IMG/VR virus record: IMGVR_UViG_3300029305_005724
Span: 1 to 64,000 of that record
DNA: 64,000 nucleotides
DNA from: a virus
Taxonomy: Duplodnaviria; Caudoviricetes
Strand: one strand, 5' to 3'
A program made the translations under genes and the position numbers. Within the stretch, counting starts at the first letter, position 1. Every line of letters starts with the position of its first letter. This document shows, piece after piece, positions 40,426 through 50,623 of the stretch. Under the pieces are notes generated by a model. It saw only the letters and a list, made by a program, of their open reading frames with translations, ran no database searches and was not told the DNA's origin.

Positions 40426-40989
40426 ATGGAAAACAAAATTCATCTCTACATCATTCAGACCGGTGTTATCTCTGAAAAGATTTGTACAACTGGAGATCAT
40501 GTATACCTTAGTAGTAGAATTCAGGATAATAATTTTGTCCGTTTCAATTATATGGGAGCGGCAGAATATGAATGGGGAGCATCTGGTAGAAGCTTCAAAA
40601 GAATCATGGATGAATTCGAAAAGTATTAACTGAATAAATCTAGATTCAAAAATGCAAATGATGTTCCTTTTTATATCTGGTGCAAGCCTGAAGATCTTGG
40701 TAAGATCGAAGATGCTATCCAGGATTATCTTGATTACAAAATCATTAATGGTAATCGTTCTTGGAGAGCACCCGATACAAGATTGAAAGAGCCTTGCCAT
40801 TTAAAAGCTCATCTCTTATATGATGAATATAAGAGCGATGTATGGGCTAGACAGCATAATAATTTCTGGTGGGATTTTGTAAATGATTGGATGGGATTCT
40901 TTGGAGCTGAAGACAGGGTCAAAGGATTTAATCTTGTCATGAAAAATGAATACCGTAGATATACAACTATAGATACAGAACACGTATAA
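40426..40989 (+). pseudogene. Gene interrupted by an in-frame TAA (40627-40629); paralog of the 41017 ORF
   Basis: Frame stays open after the TAA to 40989 and aligns with the next gene (PC..H..FWWD..D.M). Confidence 0.75.
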
Positions 40990-41016
40990 AATAAAATACA
41001 AAGGAGAGTACAGCTT

Positions 41017-41505
41017 ATGTATTTTTACACAGTTCAACCTTGTGAGGTAAAAGCAATATCTGCACCTCAGTCTCTTTATAAAAATGATAGTCTTCTCTAC
41101 ATCGAATCAATGGATTCTGATGATTTTGAAGAAGCAATGATCGACAACAGCTTCAATAGAATTTTTAATCATTATCAAGAGTATGTATACCTTCCTCTTG
41201 ATGAGTTTGCAAATGTTGATGGTGATATTCCTTATCTTCTTTGCAAACAAGATGACATTGAGGCAATTAAGAAACGTCTTAGAGACTATCTCAACCATCA
41301 ATACCCCGATAGAACTACCAAAGCTCCTTGTAGATTTCATTCTCATTATTCTAAAGGTGAAGGCGAAATGTATTGGAGGCAAAGAAAAACCACATTCTGG
41401 TGGGATATTGATAAGGACTTCATGCTAATGTTTATGAATTCTGGTGATATGGCTAGATTTGTAGATATTATGATAAAAGAGCATGATAGATTTTTACAAA
41501 AATAA
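41017..41505 (+). CDS. Hypothetical protein, paralog of preceding interrupted gene
   Basis: AAGGAGA RBS; shared motifs. Confidence 0.75.
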   Translation: MYFYTVQPCEVKAISAPQSLYKNDSLLYIESMDSDDFEEAMIDNSFNRIFNHYQEYVYLPLDEFANVDGDIPYLLCKQDDIEAIKKRLRDYLNHQYPDRTTKAPCRFHSHYSKGEGEMYWRQRKTTFWWDIDKDFMLMFMNSGDMARFVDIMIKEHDRFLQK

Positions 41506-41658
41506 TAAAAAACAAACTTTAAAATAATAAAGACTTGAGGATGGATTCGTCTGAGTCCATCCTCAAATTTGTTTAAAATAATTTATTTTTTATTTTAAAT
41601 AGATATTATAATATAGATAAAACAAATCTTTATTATAGAATTAAAGGAGGTAATTATT

Positions 41659-42534
41659 ATGCCTTATCCACTTGAAGATTTCTTTAAACAGGCTGAGCAG
41701 GTTCAGCCTACGAAACCTACACTGATTACAACGAATTTTGATCAGTTGAACAAAAATGTATTTAAAAATAGTATTCCATATATCTCTCAAATGGATGATC
41801 ATAATCTATCAGTATTGATAAAGAATAATATCGATACTATTTCTGCTGATATTTTACAGGAAGATCAAGACTATGCTCCATTGTTTAGAGATCAAAAGTT
41901 TCTATCTTGCTTCATTAGAGCAATAAACTCTATTCCTATTGACTACTCAACCAAATTAGCTTGTAATAAAATCACATATGATTACTTTACTTCTGATAAT
42001 CCTGAAAAGGAAATCAAGCAGCAATGCTTGAATATGAGTAGAATTGTAAACAGAGATGTGATAAATAAGCTTATTGCAATTGGTCTTGATGAAAATACAG
42101 CTTGCAATCTTGCATTAGCTAGATATTCATCTTCTAATGAAAAGACTAATGTAAAAAGATTGAACTTTACAATTTATCATAAAGATCCTGCTGTGATGAA
42201 TGAGCAGATGATTGTTTGGATTTACGAAAAGTTCTTTAATAGAATCTCTGACCTTTTCCAAGCTACAATGTTTGAAGTTTATACACCTCAACAGCAGTTA
42301 GATTTTGGTGAGAATTTTATGGAAGTATATGGAACAGTGAGTTTAGCTATTCTTACTATTCTTAATAATATGACTTCTGAAAATATCAGAAAGGTTCTAA
42401 TGGGTTATTCTATTGAATGGGAGTATATGCATTTCCCTCAAGTTAGATTCAGTCTACATGCATTGAGTGCTGATTATTCAAGAATCAGTCGTGTAGTATC
42501 TTACTTGACGGAAAACGGAACCAATATTCCGTAA
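41659..42534 (+). CDS. Hypothetical protein
   Basis: AAGGAGG RBS, terminator. Confidence 0.8.
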   Translation: MPYPLEDFFKQAEQVQPTKPTLITTNFDQLNKNVFKNSIPYISQMDDHNLSVLIKNNIDTISADILQEDQDYAPLFRDQKFLSCFIRAINSIPIDYSTKLACNKITYDYFTSDNPEKEIKQQCLNMSRIVNRDVINKLIAIGLDENTACNLALARYSSSNEKTNVKRLNFTIYHKDPAVMNEQMIVWIYEKFFNRISDLFQATMFEVYTPQQQLDFGENFMEVYGTVSLAILTILNNMTSENIRKVLMGYSIEWEYMHFPQVRFSLHALSADYSRISRVVSYLTENGTNIP

Positions 42535-42656
42535 TTGTTGCATATCAAGGCTATCTAGAAGGTTTTCTAGATAGCCTTTCTTTTTTAGTATTTTATACGG
42601 ACATTAACTTTTTAATAACTGAATAACTTGTAATAAGCTTACTGGAGGTACTTATT

Positions 42657-43082
42657 ATGGCAATTATTAAAGTAAAAGATTCTAGAGATTGTCTCCATGA
42701 AGGTGAGAATAGAAGTGATATTACACTTATTCTTACTAGATATGCTAACGAGACCAATTTAAATGAAAAATACGATGAAGTTAATAAGCTATATCGTAGA
42801 ACTTCTGCAAATCATCATGCACTCAATCATCTTACATATACCATGGATATGGCTAAAAAAGATGGTAACACTGAACTCATTGCTCAGACTGTAGTGGCTC
42901 TAATTTCTATTAGGCCTGAATTAGAGGAGCACTTTATCGATATTATTAATGCATTCATTATGCAGACTGATGATATTGAAAATATGAATTTTATTGATGA
43001 AGTTAGACGTATTGGAGCAGAACTAAATGAAGATTTTGGTGACTGTGAATCATGTGCTAATTTTGATGAAGAAAGTAAATAA
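42657..43082 (+). CDS. Hypothetical protein
   Basis: GGAGG RBS. Confidence 0.75.
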   Translation: MAIIKVKDSRDCLHEGENRSDITLILTRYANETNLNEKYDEVNKLYRRTSANHHALNHLTYTMDMAKKDGNTELIAQTVVALISIRPELEEHFIDIINAFIMQTDDIENMNFIDEVRRIGAELNEDFGDCESCANFDEESK

Positions 43083-43102
43083 ACAATTTGGAGGATAAAA
43101 AG

Positions 43103-44347
43103 ATGGCAGGTATTTTATCTCAGCAGTTTAGAGCAACCGTTTCTAAACATAAAGACTTTCGAATGAAAGATGAATCGGCCGCTGGAGTTGGATACTCTAC
43201 TGGCTTTCTTAATTTTGATTTCATGAATGGAACTGTTGTTCACGTAAAATCAAAAGAAAGAAATTTTAATTATTATTCAGTAGGAATTCAAGATGGATGT
43301 CTTGTAATGCTTATTGGTAGATCTGGATGTGGTAAAACTACATGGGCAGTTCAGACCGCATCTAATATTGTAAGAAATTTTCCGACCGCTTGCGTGTTTC
43401 ATGACGATATTGAAGGTGGTCTTACAGAATATAGAAAAGAACTTCTTAGTGGATTCCATGGAGAAGATCTTCAGCTAAAATACCTATCGAGAAATACTGG
43501 TATTACGGCTGAAAACTTTTATGAGCGTCTTCGTATGATTCATGATCTTAAGATGGAGAATCGTGAAGACTATGAATACGATACGGGTTACTTTGATTCT
43601 CATGGTGAAAGAATTTATAAGCTTGAACCCACTGTATACATTCTAGACTCTGTTGCACTCCTAATGCCTGCACAGTATACTGAAGAGGAAGAACTCTCTG
43701 GTTCTATGAGTGCTACAGCTGCCGCAAAAACAAATTCTATGAGCTTTAAAAGAATCATTCCTATGCTTAAGAGTGCTAATATTATTCTTCTTATGATTAA
43801 TCATATTAATAAGAAAATTGATATTAATCCTATGCAGAGAACAAAAGCTCAGGTATCTTATCTAAAACAGGATGAATCGCTTCCTGGAGGCAATACAATT
43901 ATTTATCTCACAAACGTGCTTCTTCGTTTTGATGATAATTCGAAGATGAAAGAAGATGAAGCATTTGGCATTTCTGGAAACTTGGTAGATGTTACCCTTG
44001 TCAAGTCCAGAAATAATAGAGCTGGTAAAACTTGTACCCTTGTTTTTGATCAGAATAAAGGATTTGATCCGGAACTTTCATTATTTGTGATGCTGAAAAA
44101 TGCAAAGAAAATTAATGGAGCTGGTGCATACCTTTATATTGGAGACAAGTCTGAATATAAATTCTCCCAGAAGAACTTTAAAGAGAAATTAAGAGAAATC
44201 CCTGAACTTCGTAATGCATTTATTGAAGAAGTCATGGTAATGCTTAAGGAAGATCTTGATAAGAACGATTCTGGAGATGAAAACGATAATTTCGATTATT
44301 CGTTGAGCAGCGAAATCTTGTCGAAATTCAATCCGTCTCAAATGTAA
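43103..44347 (+). CDS. RecA/UvsX-family recombinase
   Basis: GRSGCGKTT, DIEGG, ILDSVA, INH, PGG, KSRNN. Confidence 0.85.
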   Translation: MAGILSQQFRATVSKHKDFRMKDESAAGVGYSTGFLNFDFMNGTVVHVKSKERNFNYYSVGIQDGCLVMLIGRSGCGKTTWAVQTASNIVRNFPTACVFHDDIEGGLTEYRKELLSGFHGEDLQLKYLSRNTGITAENFYERLRMIHDLKMENREDYEYDTGYFDSHGERIYKLEPTVYILDSVALLMPAQYTEEEELSGSMSATAAAKTNSMSFKRIIPMLKSANIILLMINHINKKIDINPMQRTKAQVSYLKQDESLPGGNTIIYLTNVLLRFDDNSKMKEDEAFGISGNLVDVTLVKSRNNRAGKTCTLVFDQNKGFDPELSLFVMLKNAKKINGAGAYLYIGDKSEYKFSQKNFKEKLREIPELRNAFIEEVMVMLKEDLDKNDSGDENDNFDYSLSSEILSKFNPSQM

Positions 44348-44435
44348 ATCTCTTCATAGAGATATATTATAGATCTGATGGAGCGAATAAGTTCCATCAG
44401 ATCTTTTAGTACTTACAACAAAGGAGAATGAAATT

Positions 44436-46682
44436 ATGGCAAATTTTAATCAAGTTGAAGATATAAAAAATTTAAATATCGAAAAATCTGATTATATGCT
44501 TGGTAAAGGATTGATGATGCCTTTTAATCCTACCAACTCTGGAAGCCGTAAAATAATGTATGGCTCTCAGGCAGAACAGAGATTAGGTATAACAAAACCG
44601 GACGTTCCTTATGTAGGAACTGGATATGAATCATTATTTGGACAGAACTCTTCGTCTTTCAATAAAGTAGAAGAAGATCTGGAAGTAATTGGTTGTGTAG
44701 CAAAATTTGAATGGTGTCCTATGCATCATTATTTTGTATTTGCAATTAATAGAGATAATGGAGGACTTAGAGTATTTGAAAGAAAAGAATATAAGCATAT
44801 TACTGAGAATTATGGTTATCTTCTTAATAATGATATGCTTGATGCTCTTGTCCCTGGAAATATGATTCCGAAAGGAACCGTTATTCAGAAAAGCAATGCT
44901 TTTGATGAATATGATAATAGAATGGATGGTAAGAATCTTCTCACATTGTATTCTTCTTGTGAAGAAACAATGGAAGATGCTATTGTCATCTCTGAGTCAG
45001 CATCAAAGAAGCTTTCATCTCCATTAATTAAGAAAGTGAGTATTATTGTTAATGATAATGATATTCCTCTTAATCTTTATGGAGATATTGAAAATTATAA
45101 AGTCTTCCCGGATATTGGAGAAGAAAGTGTAAATAGTATTTTATGTGGTTTCCGCAGAGAGAAGAAAGAGGAAGCACTGTTCTCACAATCATATGCAAGA
45201 CTTAGAGAGCTTTCGATCTCTGATGAAAAATACACAGTTGCTGGAAGAGTTGTAGATGTAGACGTATATTGCAACGCTCCTGAAAAGCTTGGAGAATACG
45301 AATACAATACGCAGTTTAAGAAATATTATGATAATAATTTAAGAATGGCTAATCAAATTATAGACATTCTTGATCCTTATATTGCAGAAGGTTGCGAAAT
45401 GGAGTATGATCTTCAAGTTCTATACTATAACTGCAAAGGAATACTTTCTGGAAAGCATTATTTCTCTGAAAGAGAGTTTTCGAATATTGTTATTAATGTA
45501 ACTTTAATTGAAGAAATTCCTGTATTAAGAGGTGATAAGCTTTCTAACCGTTATGGCGGTAAAGGTATTACAGCTAGAGTAAAGCCAGATGAATTAATGC
45601 CTAAAACATTAAGTGGAGAAACTGTTGATATTATTTTGAATATGTGTGGCGTTTATGGACGTGAAAATGCTGGACAGCTTTTTGAAATTACCGTCACATA
45701 TATTTGCATGAAAATAATTGAATTCATCAATCTTCAGGTTTTGGACATTGATCAGTGTATTGAGCTTTATTTAAATCTTCTTCGTATTGTATCACCTTCT
45801 ATGGCTGATTATACAGAAGAACAGTTCACTAAAATGACTGATGATGAATGCATAGCTTATATGGCAGGAATTTGTGCTACAGAAAAATGTATGTATCTTG
45901 CAATTGAGCCTATGAGTGAAGCAATGACACTTGATAAGGTCGAACAGCTTTATCAAGAATTTCCTTGGGCAAAAGCTGAACATATGCTGATGCCTATTAC
46001 AGATTCTGCTGGAGAGATTAAATATATTCCCTCTAGAAGGCCCTTAATTTATGGATACCAATATATCTATAGATTGAAGCAGTATGCAGAGGAGAAGTTT
46101 TCTGTAACTTCATTGTCTGCTACAAATATTCGTAATGAAAATAGTAAGAGCAAGAGTAGCAACAACTATAGAGCTCTATATTCTAGAACACCGATTCGTT
46201 TTGGCGATATGGAAACTGGAAACCTTATACACCTTGGAGCTGAACTTGTTGTTCAAATGCTTATGCTATATTCAACATCTCCTCATGCAAGACGTCTTGC
46301 TCAAGAGATGCTTACTGGCGATGCATTCAATATCGATGTTAAACTGGATGAGGAATCTAAGAATAGAAATGTTGAAATACTAAATGTTTATCTTAAAACA
46401 ATGGGATTAAAATTAGTATTCAGCAGAAAACCTAAACAGTACGAACAACCGATGTTGATTGAACCGATGTACTTCTATGATAATCCTCATAGACTTGTTG
46501 AAGGACTCATTCCGTTAAATAAAGATGAGAAATTTGATATGGAAGCTGAAGTTCTCAGACTTATTAAGGAAAAGAATCATGAACAATGGGCTATGGATAT
46601 CTATCCTATGGAGTTTACAAGAGAGCCTGGAGCTTATGAGAAAGAACTTGCTGCCAAAGAAGCAGCCAAGAAATCTGAATAA
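44436..46682 (+). CDS. Multisubunit RNA polymerase beta subunit, C-terminal part (probably non-virion RNAP)
   Basis: EDAIVIS, GDKLSNRYGGKG, DIILN..GV..REN.GQ, RFGDME. Confidence 0.9.
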   Translation: MANFNQVEDIKNLNIEKSDYMLGKGLMMPFNPTNSGSRKIMYGSQAEQRLGITKPDVPYVGTGYESLFGQNSSSFNKVEEDLEVIGCVAKFEWCPMHHYFVFAINRDNGGLRVFERKEYKHITENYGYLLNNDMLDALVPGNMIPKGTVIQKSNAFDEYDNRMDGKNLLTLYSSCEETMEDAIVISESASKKLSSPLIKKVSIIVNDNDIPLNLYGDIENYKVFPDIGEESVNSILCGFRREKKEEALFSQSYARLRELSISDEKYTVAGRVVDVDVYCNAPEKLGEYEYNTQFKKYYDNNLRMANQIIDILDPYIAEGCEMEYDLQVLYYNCKGILSGKHYFSEREFSNIVINVTLIEEIPVLRGDKLSNRYGGKGITARVKPDELMPKTLSGETVDIILNMCGVYGRENAGQLFEITVTYICMKIIEFINLQVLDIDQCIELYLNLLRIVSPSMADYTEEQFTKMTDDECIAYMAGICATEKCMYLAIEPMSEAMTLDKVEQLYQEFPWAKAEHMLMPITDSAGEIKYIPSRRPLIYGYQYIYRLKQYAEEKFSVTSLSATNIRNENSKSKSSNNYRALYSRTPIRFGDMETGNLIHLGAELVVQMLMLYSTSPHARRLAQEMLTGDAFNIDVKLDEESKNRNVEILNVYLKTMGLKLVFSRKPKQYEQPMLIEPMYFYDNPHRLVEGLIPLNKDEKFDMEAEVLRLIKEKNHEQWAMDIYPMEFTREPGAYEKELAAKEAAKKSE

Positions 46683-46791
46683 TAATGCTCAAAGCAATAA
46701 AGGCATAGTCATATTTGACTATGCCTTTATTTTTTATATTCTTTCTTAGTTATATAATATAATCTTGATAAAAAGAAAGGAGATAATTATT

Positions 46792-49086
46792 ATGTATGAA
46801 ATATTAAACAAAATACTGTCTAGACTATTGTCTGGAGATTTATCTGTATTAAATTCTGAAAATGTTATCATGGTAGCTGATCAGGCTATTGATTTGTTAA
46901 ACAAACCCGTTTGGGATGAGCATGATAAAATGTGTGCTAGTATTATTATTAGCATGAGTCAAATTGTTTATAACAATACTGATTGTTCTGTATTGTTTCT
47001 AGATGATGGAATCTATGATTTACTTCTAGAAAAATACAAAGAATATGATAAAAATTTCATGGTAGGCGCCCCAATAGTGCAATTTAATCAGCAAGGGGAA
47101 GCCGTTGTTGAAAAAGAGTTTATAGAGCCGATGGTTTTTGTTGAAAATCCTGATATTTTTGAGCAAAACTCATTTTATTTTGATGATATTAATAAAAGAC
47201 CTCCGCTGGATATAAACCTTATTAAAGACATTGATAGAAATTCTGGAAAAGTAATTTCTAAGAAAAATGTTAAGGTTCCTCATATGTACCCAAAGCTTGT
47301 AGGCTCTCTTGATAAGTGTAAATTTACACTTAATTGTGAAGCTATAGATAGAGGTGCATTTGAAGATGACAATGTTAAAGTCTTCGAAAGAGACTTTTTA
47401 GCAAAGCATTTGCAAATGGGTCTTATAGATATGACTACTCCATTTGAGCTTGTTGCAGAGCTTAAATACGATGGTGTATCTGTAGAGGCAGATGTCACAA
47501 ATAAAATTCTAAGTGCAAGATCTCGTGGAGACGTAAATGAAGATATAGCAGCGGATATGACAGAAATATTTGGCGGATATCAATTTCCTTATGCTCCTGA
47601 GATTCCTGAAACGGAAGCATTTGGAATGAAATTTGAAGCAATAATTAGCTATATTAACCTCGATAAGCTTGGAAGATTAAAGGGTAAATACTATAAAAAC
47701 AGCAGAAATGGTATTATTGGTCTTTTGGGATCTTCCGATGCTTATGACTATAGAGATTTAATTACACTTATTCCATTAGCAACTTCTATGGAAGATATCG
47801 ATAGAGTTACAGAAATAGAATTCTTAAATAAGTATTATCATTCTGGAGAATATCTAAGATATTCAGTGCTTAAAGGAAACTATACAAGTATTCTTTATCA
47901 AGTAAGAAAATTCGTAGAAGAAGCTGAAACTATGAGAAATATGCTTCCGTTTATGTATGATGGAGTAGTTATTTCTTATAGAGATCCTAAAATAATCAAG
48001 GCACTTGGTAGAGAAAATTCTATAAATAAATATAGTATGGCTATCAAGTTCAATCCTCTTGTTCGAGAAGCTGTATTCACAGGATATACTTACAGCATAG
48101 GACAAGATGGAACAGTAACCCCAATGATCCATTACACCCCAGTAGAATTTTATGGAACAATTCATACAAAATCTAGTGGTCATTCTTATAAAAGATTTAT
48201 AGATTTACAGCTTGCTATTGGGGATATAATTCAGGTAGAATACACGAATGACGTTATGCCATACGTGACAAAACCTGAAATTATGGCCAATTATAGAAAT
48301 GCGAATGAGCCAGAGTTATTTCCCGAGTTCTGTCCTTATTGTGGAACAGCACTTATTGTTAATGAGTCTGGTAAATCTGCAATTTGTCCTAATAAGCAAT
48401 GCCCGGAAAGAGTTATTGCTAAAATGGCAAATATGATGTCTAAGCTCAATCTCAAAGATTTTGGAGAGGAGACATTTAGATTTCTTGGGACTAAGAGCTT
48501 GAGTCAACTTCTTAATTACACTTATGAAGATATTAAAGAACTTGGTCCAGCTACTGCTGAAAAACTTCTTGAAAGAATAAATGAAGTTAAAACGACTCCA
48601 TTATATGATTATAAAATTATGGGATCTATCGGATTTACAGGAATAGCTGTAGAAACGTGGAAGAAGATTCTTAATGTAATTCCTTTAGTAGAAGTGGCAA
48701 CAGATTCAGATGAAGATCTTTATCTAAAGCTTAAATCTATTAAAGGAATTGGAGAAGTAACAGCAAAAATTATTGTTCATGAGAGGCATGATTTGGAGAG
48801 TGATATATCGGAAATTTTAAGACTACCTAGTTTAATGATTTCTTTTGGAGTTAAATCTGGAAAGATGATTAGATACACTGGTTGTCGTCCGACTGATGAA
48901 CTTACAAATTATTTAACCTCTAAAGGTTGTGATGCTAGAGCTGATGCAGGAGTTACAAAAGCTACAGATGTGCTTGTAGTTCCTTATAACGGATTCTCTA
49001 GTTCCAAAACATCAAAAGTTGGAGATAATACTATAATTGTGGATTATGCCGCTTTTAGTGCAGATCCTGATAAGTATATCTCTTGA
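46792..49086 (+). CDS. ligA: NAD-dependent DNA ligase
   Basis: ELKYDG, SRGD, DGVV, AIKF, CPYC...CPN..C, BRCT-like C-terminus. Confidence 0.9.
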   Translation: MYEILNKILSRLLSGDLSVLNSENVIMVADQAIDLLNKPVWDEHDKMCASIIISMSQIVYNNTDCSVLFLDDGIYDLLLEKYKEYDKNFMVGAPIVQFNQQGEAVVEKEFIEPMVFVENPDIFEQNSFYFDDINKRPPLDINLIKDIDRNSGKVISKKNVKVPHMYPKLVGSLDKCKFTLNCEAIDRGAFEDDNVKVFERDFLAKHLQMGLIDMTTPFELVAELKYDGVSVEADVTNKILSARSRGDVNEDIAADMTEIFGGYQFPYAPEIPETEAFGMKFEAIISYINLDKLGRLKGKYYKNSRNGIIGLLGSSDAYDYRDLITLIPLATSMEDIDRVTEIEFLNKYYHSGEYLRYSVLKGNYTSILYQVRKFVEEAETMRNMLPFMYDGVVISYRDPKIIKALGRENSINKYSMAIKFNPLVREAVFTGYTYSIGQDGTVTPMIHYTPVEFYGTIHTKSSGHSYKRFIDLQLAIGDIIQVEYTNDVMPYVTKPEIMANYRNANEPELFPEFCPYCGTALIVNESGKSAICPNKQCPERVIAKMANMMSKLNLKDFGEETFRFLGTKSLSQLLNYTYEDIKELGPATAEKLLERINEVKTTPLYDYKIMGSIGFTGIAVETWKKILNVIPLVEVATDSDEDLYLKLKSIKGIGEVTAKIIVHERHDLESDISEILRLPSLMISFGVKSGKMIRYTGCRPTDELTNYLTSKGCDARADAGVTKATDVLVVPYNGFSSSKTSKVGDNTIIVDYAAFSADPDKYIS

Positions 49087-49281
49087 TAGATTAAGGGAGC
49101 ACTAATGCTCCCTTTTTCTTTTGCATATATTTGTAATAAAATTACATTTAACAAAAACCGTTGTAAAAAGTTACAAAGACTTAAACTTTTTAGTAATCGT
49201 ATATTATAAATTTGAAGATAAGTCTCTCAGTGGGAATTGAGAGACTTTCTTATATACAAAAATTTTAGGAGGATTTTTACC

Positions 49282-49893
49282 ATGAGCAAAACTTTCGAAT
49301 TCGAGCAGACCAGCATTCCCAGTCAATTTTCTATCAACCTGAAGGATAACTTCGGTATGTTGTGGGTAGACACTAGAAGTGCTGATCTCTATCGCACCCT
49401 GTTTTCTGCAATTGCAGATACTCTTAAGCATAATCAGTCTAAAGAGGCTGGCCGTATCGGAATGATCATGAAAGACGATAAGGGTCATTTCAAACTCGGT
49501 GCTATTCTTACCTATAAGAAGCCTGAGGAAGATTCTGAAGAGGATACCGGTAACTGGTATCTTGAGTTCACGCTCGATCCTGAAGATATGACGGATCTTG
49601 CGCTTGAGATCGATAACCATTCTGACGTATTTATTCGTTGTGCAGCTGAAGAGGCAAACAATATTTGTTATGGCCGTTTCCGCTCCACCGAAATCATGTA
49701 CAATATTTTCAACTGTGCAATTGACACCCTTGTACAGTTCCTCGATGTAAATGCAACTGAAGCAGATGATGTTGATGTAAATCTTCGTGGCATCTTTACA
49801 GCTTCTGTCGCAATCGAAGGCGGTAAGAAAGTGATGTCTATTGTTCCTGGAGAATATATCAAGCAGATTATCAAGAATGATGCTGCTCTCTGA
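49282..49893 (+). CDS. Hypothetical acidic protein
   Basis: AGGAGG RBS; high-expression codon bias. Confidence 0.8.
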   Translation: MSKTFEFEQTSIPSQFSINLKDNFGMLWVDTRSADLYRTLFSAIADTLKHNQSKEAGRIGMIMKDDKGHFKLGAILTYKKPEEDSEEDTGNWYLEFTLDPEDMTDLALEIDNHSDVFIRCAAEEANNICYGRFRSTEIMYNIFNCAIDTLVQFLDVNATEADDVDVNLRGIFTASVAIEGGKKVMSIVPGEYIKQIIKNDAAL

Positions 49894-49979
49894 TAAATAA
49901 TCCAAGATAGAAAACCGGATGGTTTTTGGCCATCCGGTTTATTTTTAAACTATTATTTTATTTTTGGAGGGCGGATATT

Positions 49980-50621
49980 ATGTCATTAGAAAAAGCAAAA
50001 ATCGATGATGCGATTTATGACGTTATAACTATTGATGAATTCAATCAGAACCCTAACGCATATGGCGCATATACTGCTATCAGAGGAAATGATGGCTATG
50101 TTTATCCGATTAGATCGAGATCGGATACAAGACCAGGATTTTATCCTACAGGAGGTCTTGATTTCTTTAAGCCTCCGACATTCGGAGAAGCTCATATCTA
50201 TACTCAGCAAAATATTATCAATTTTAGGGATGCTACAAATCTTAGAGAAATAATTCAAGCACAGCAGAAGCTTGCAAGTGCTGAGAGATCTATTCTTACC
50301 ACTATTGATAATGTATTTGCTCCAGATATTGGAGAAAATGATACGCCTGAGATGAAAGCTCTTAAGCAGGCCATTCTGGATAAGCATATCGACCTAGATA
50401 AGTATGAACCCAGATTTGGTCCTAATTATAATAATGATAAAAGACTTCTTAGGAAGAAGAATATCACATTTGGAAAGCTAAGATCTATTTGTAATGCTCT
50501 TGATATCAAAGCTACTATTACAATTGAAGATGCTGGGCCTGATGTTCCGAATCCTATTGGTCGAACAATCGTTGCTGAATTAACTGGCGGTGGTGCAACT
50601 GTTGATGAAGAGGAGGATTAA
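49980..50621 (+). CDS. Hypothetical protein with C-terminal HTH-like segment
   Basis: NITFGKLRSICNALDI. Confidence 0.65.
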   Translation: MSLEKAKIDDAIYDVITIDEFNQNPNAYGAYTAIRGNDGYVYPIRSRSDTRPGFYPTGGLDFFKPPTFGEAHIYTQQNIINFRDATNLREIIQAQQKLASAERSILTTIDNVFAPDIGENDTPEMKALKQAILDKHIDLDKYEPRFGPNYNNDKRLLRKKNITFGKLRSICNALDIKATITIEDAGPDVPNPIGRTIVAELTGGGATVDEEED

Positions 50622-50623
50622 AT

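Noticed and set aside
40627-40629. Stop-codon reassignment
   Set aside because: Core genes are intact under code 11 and use TAA, TAG and TGA as stops; this is an isolated event.
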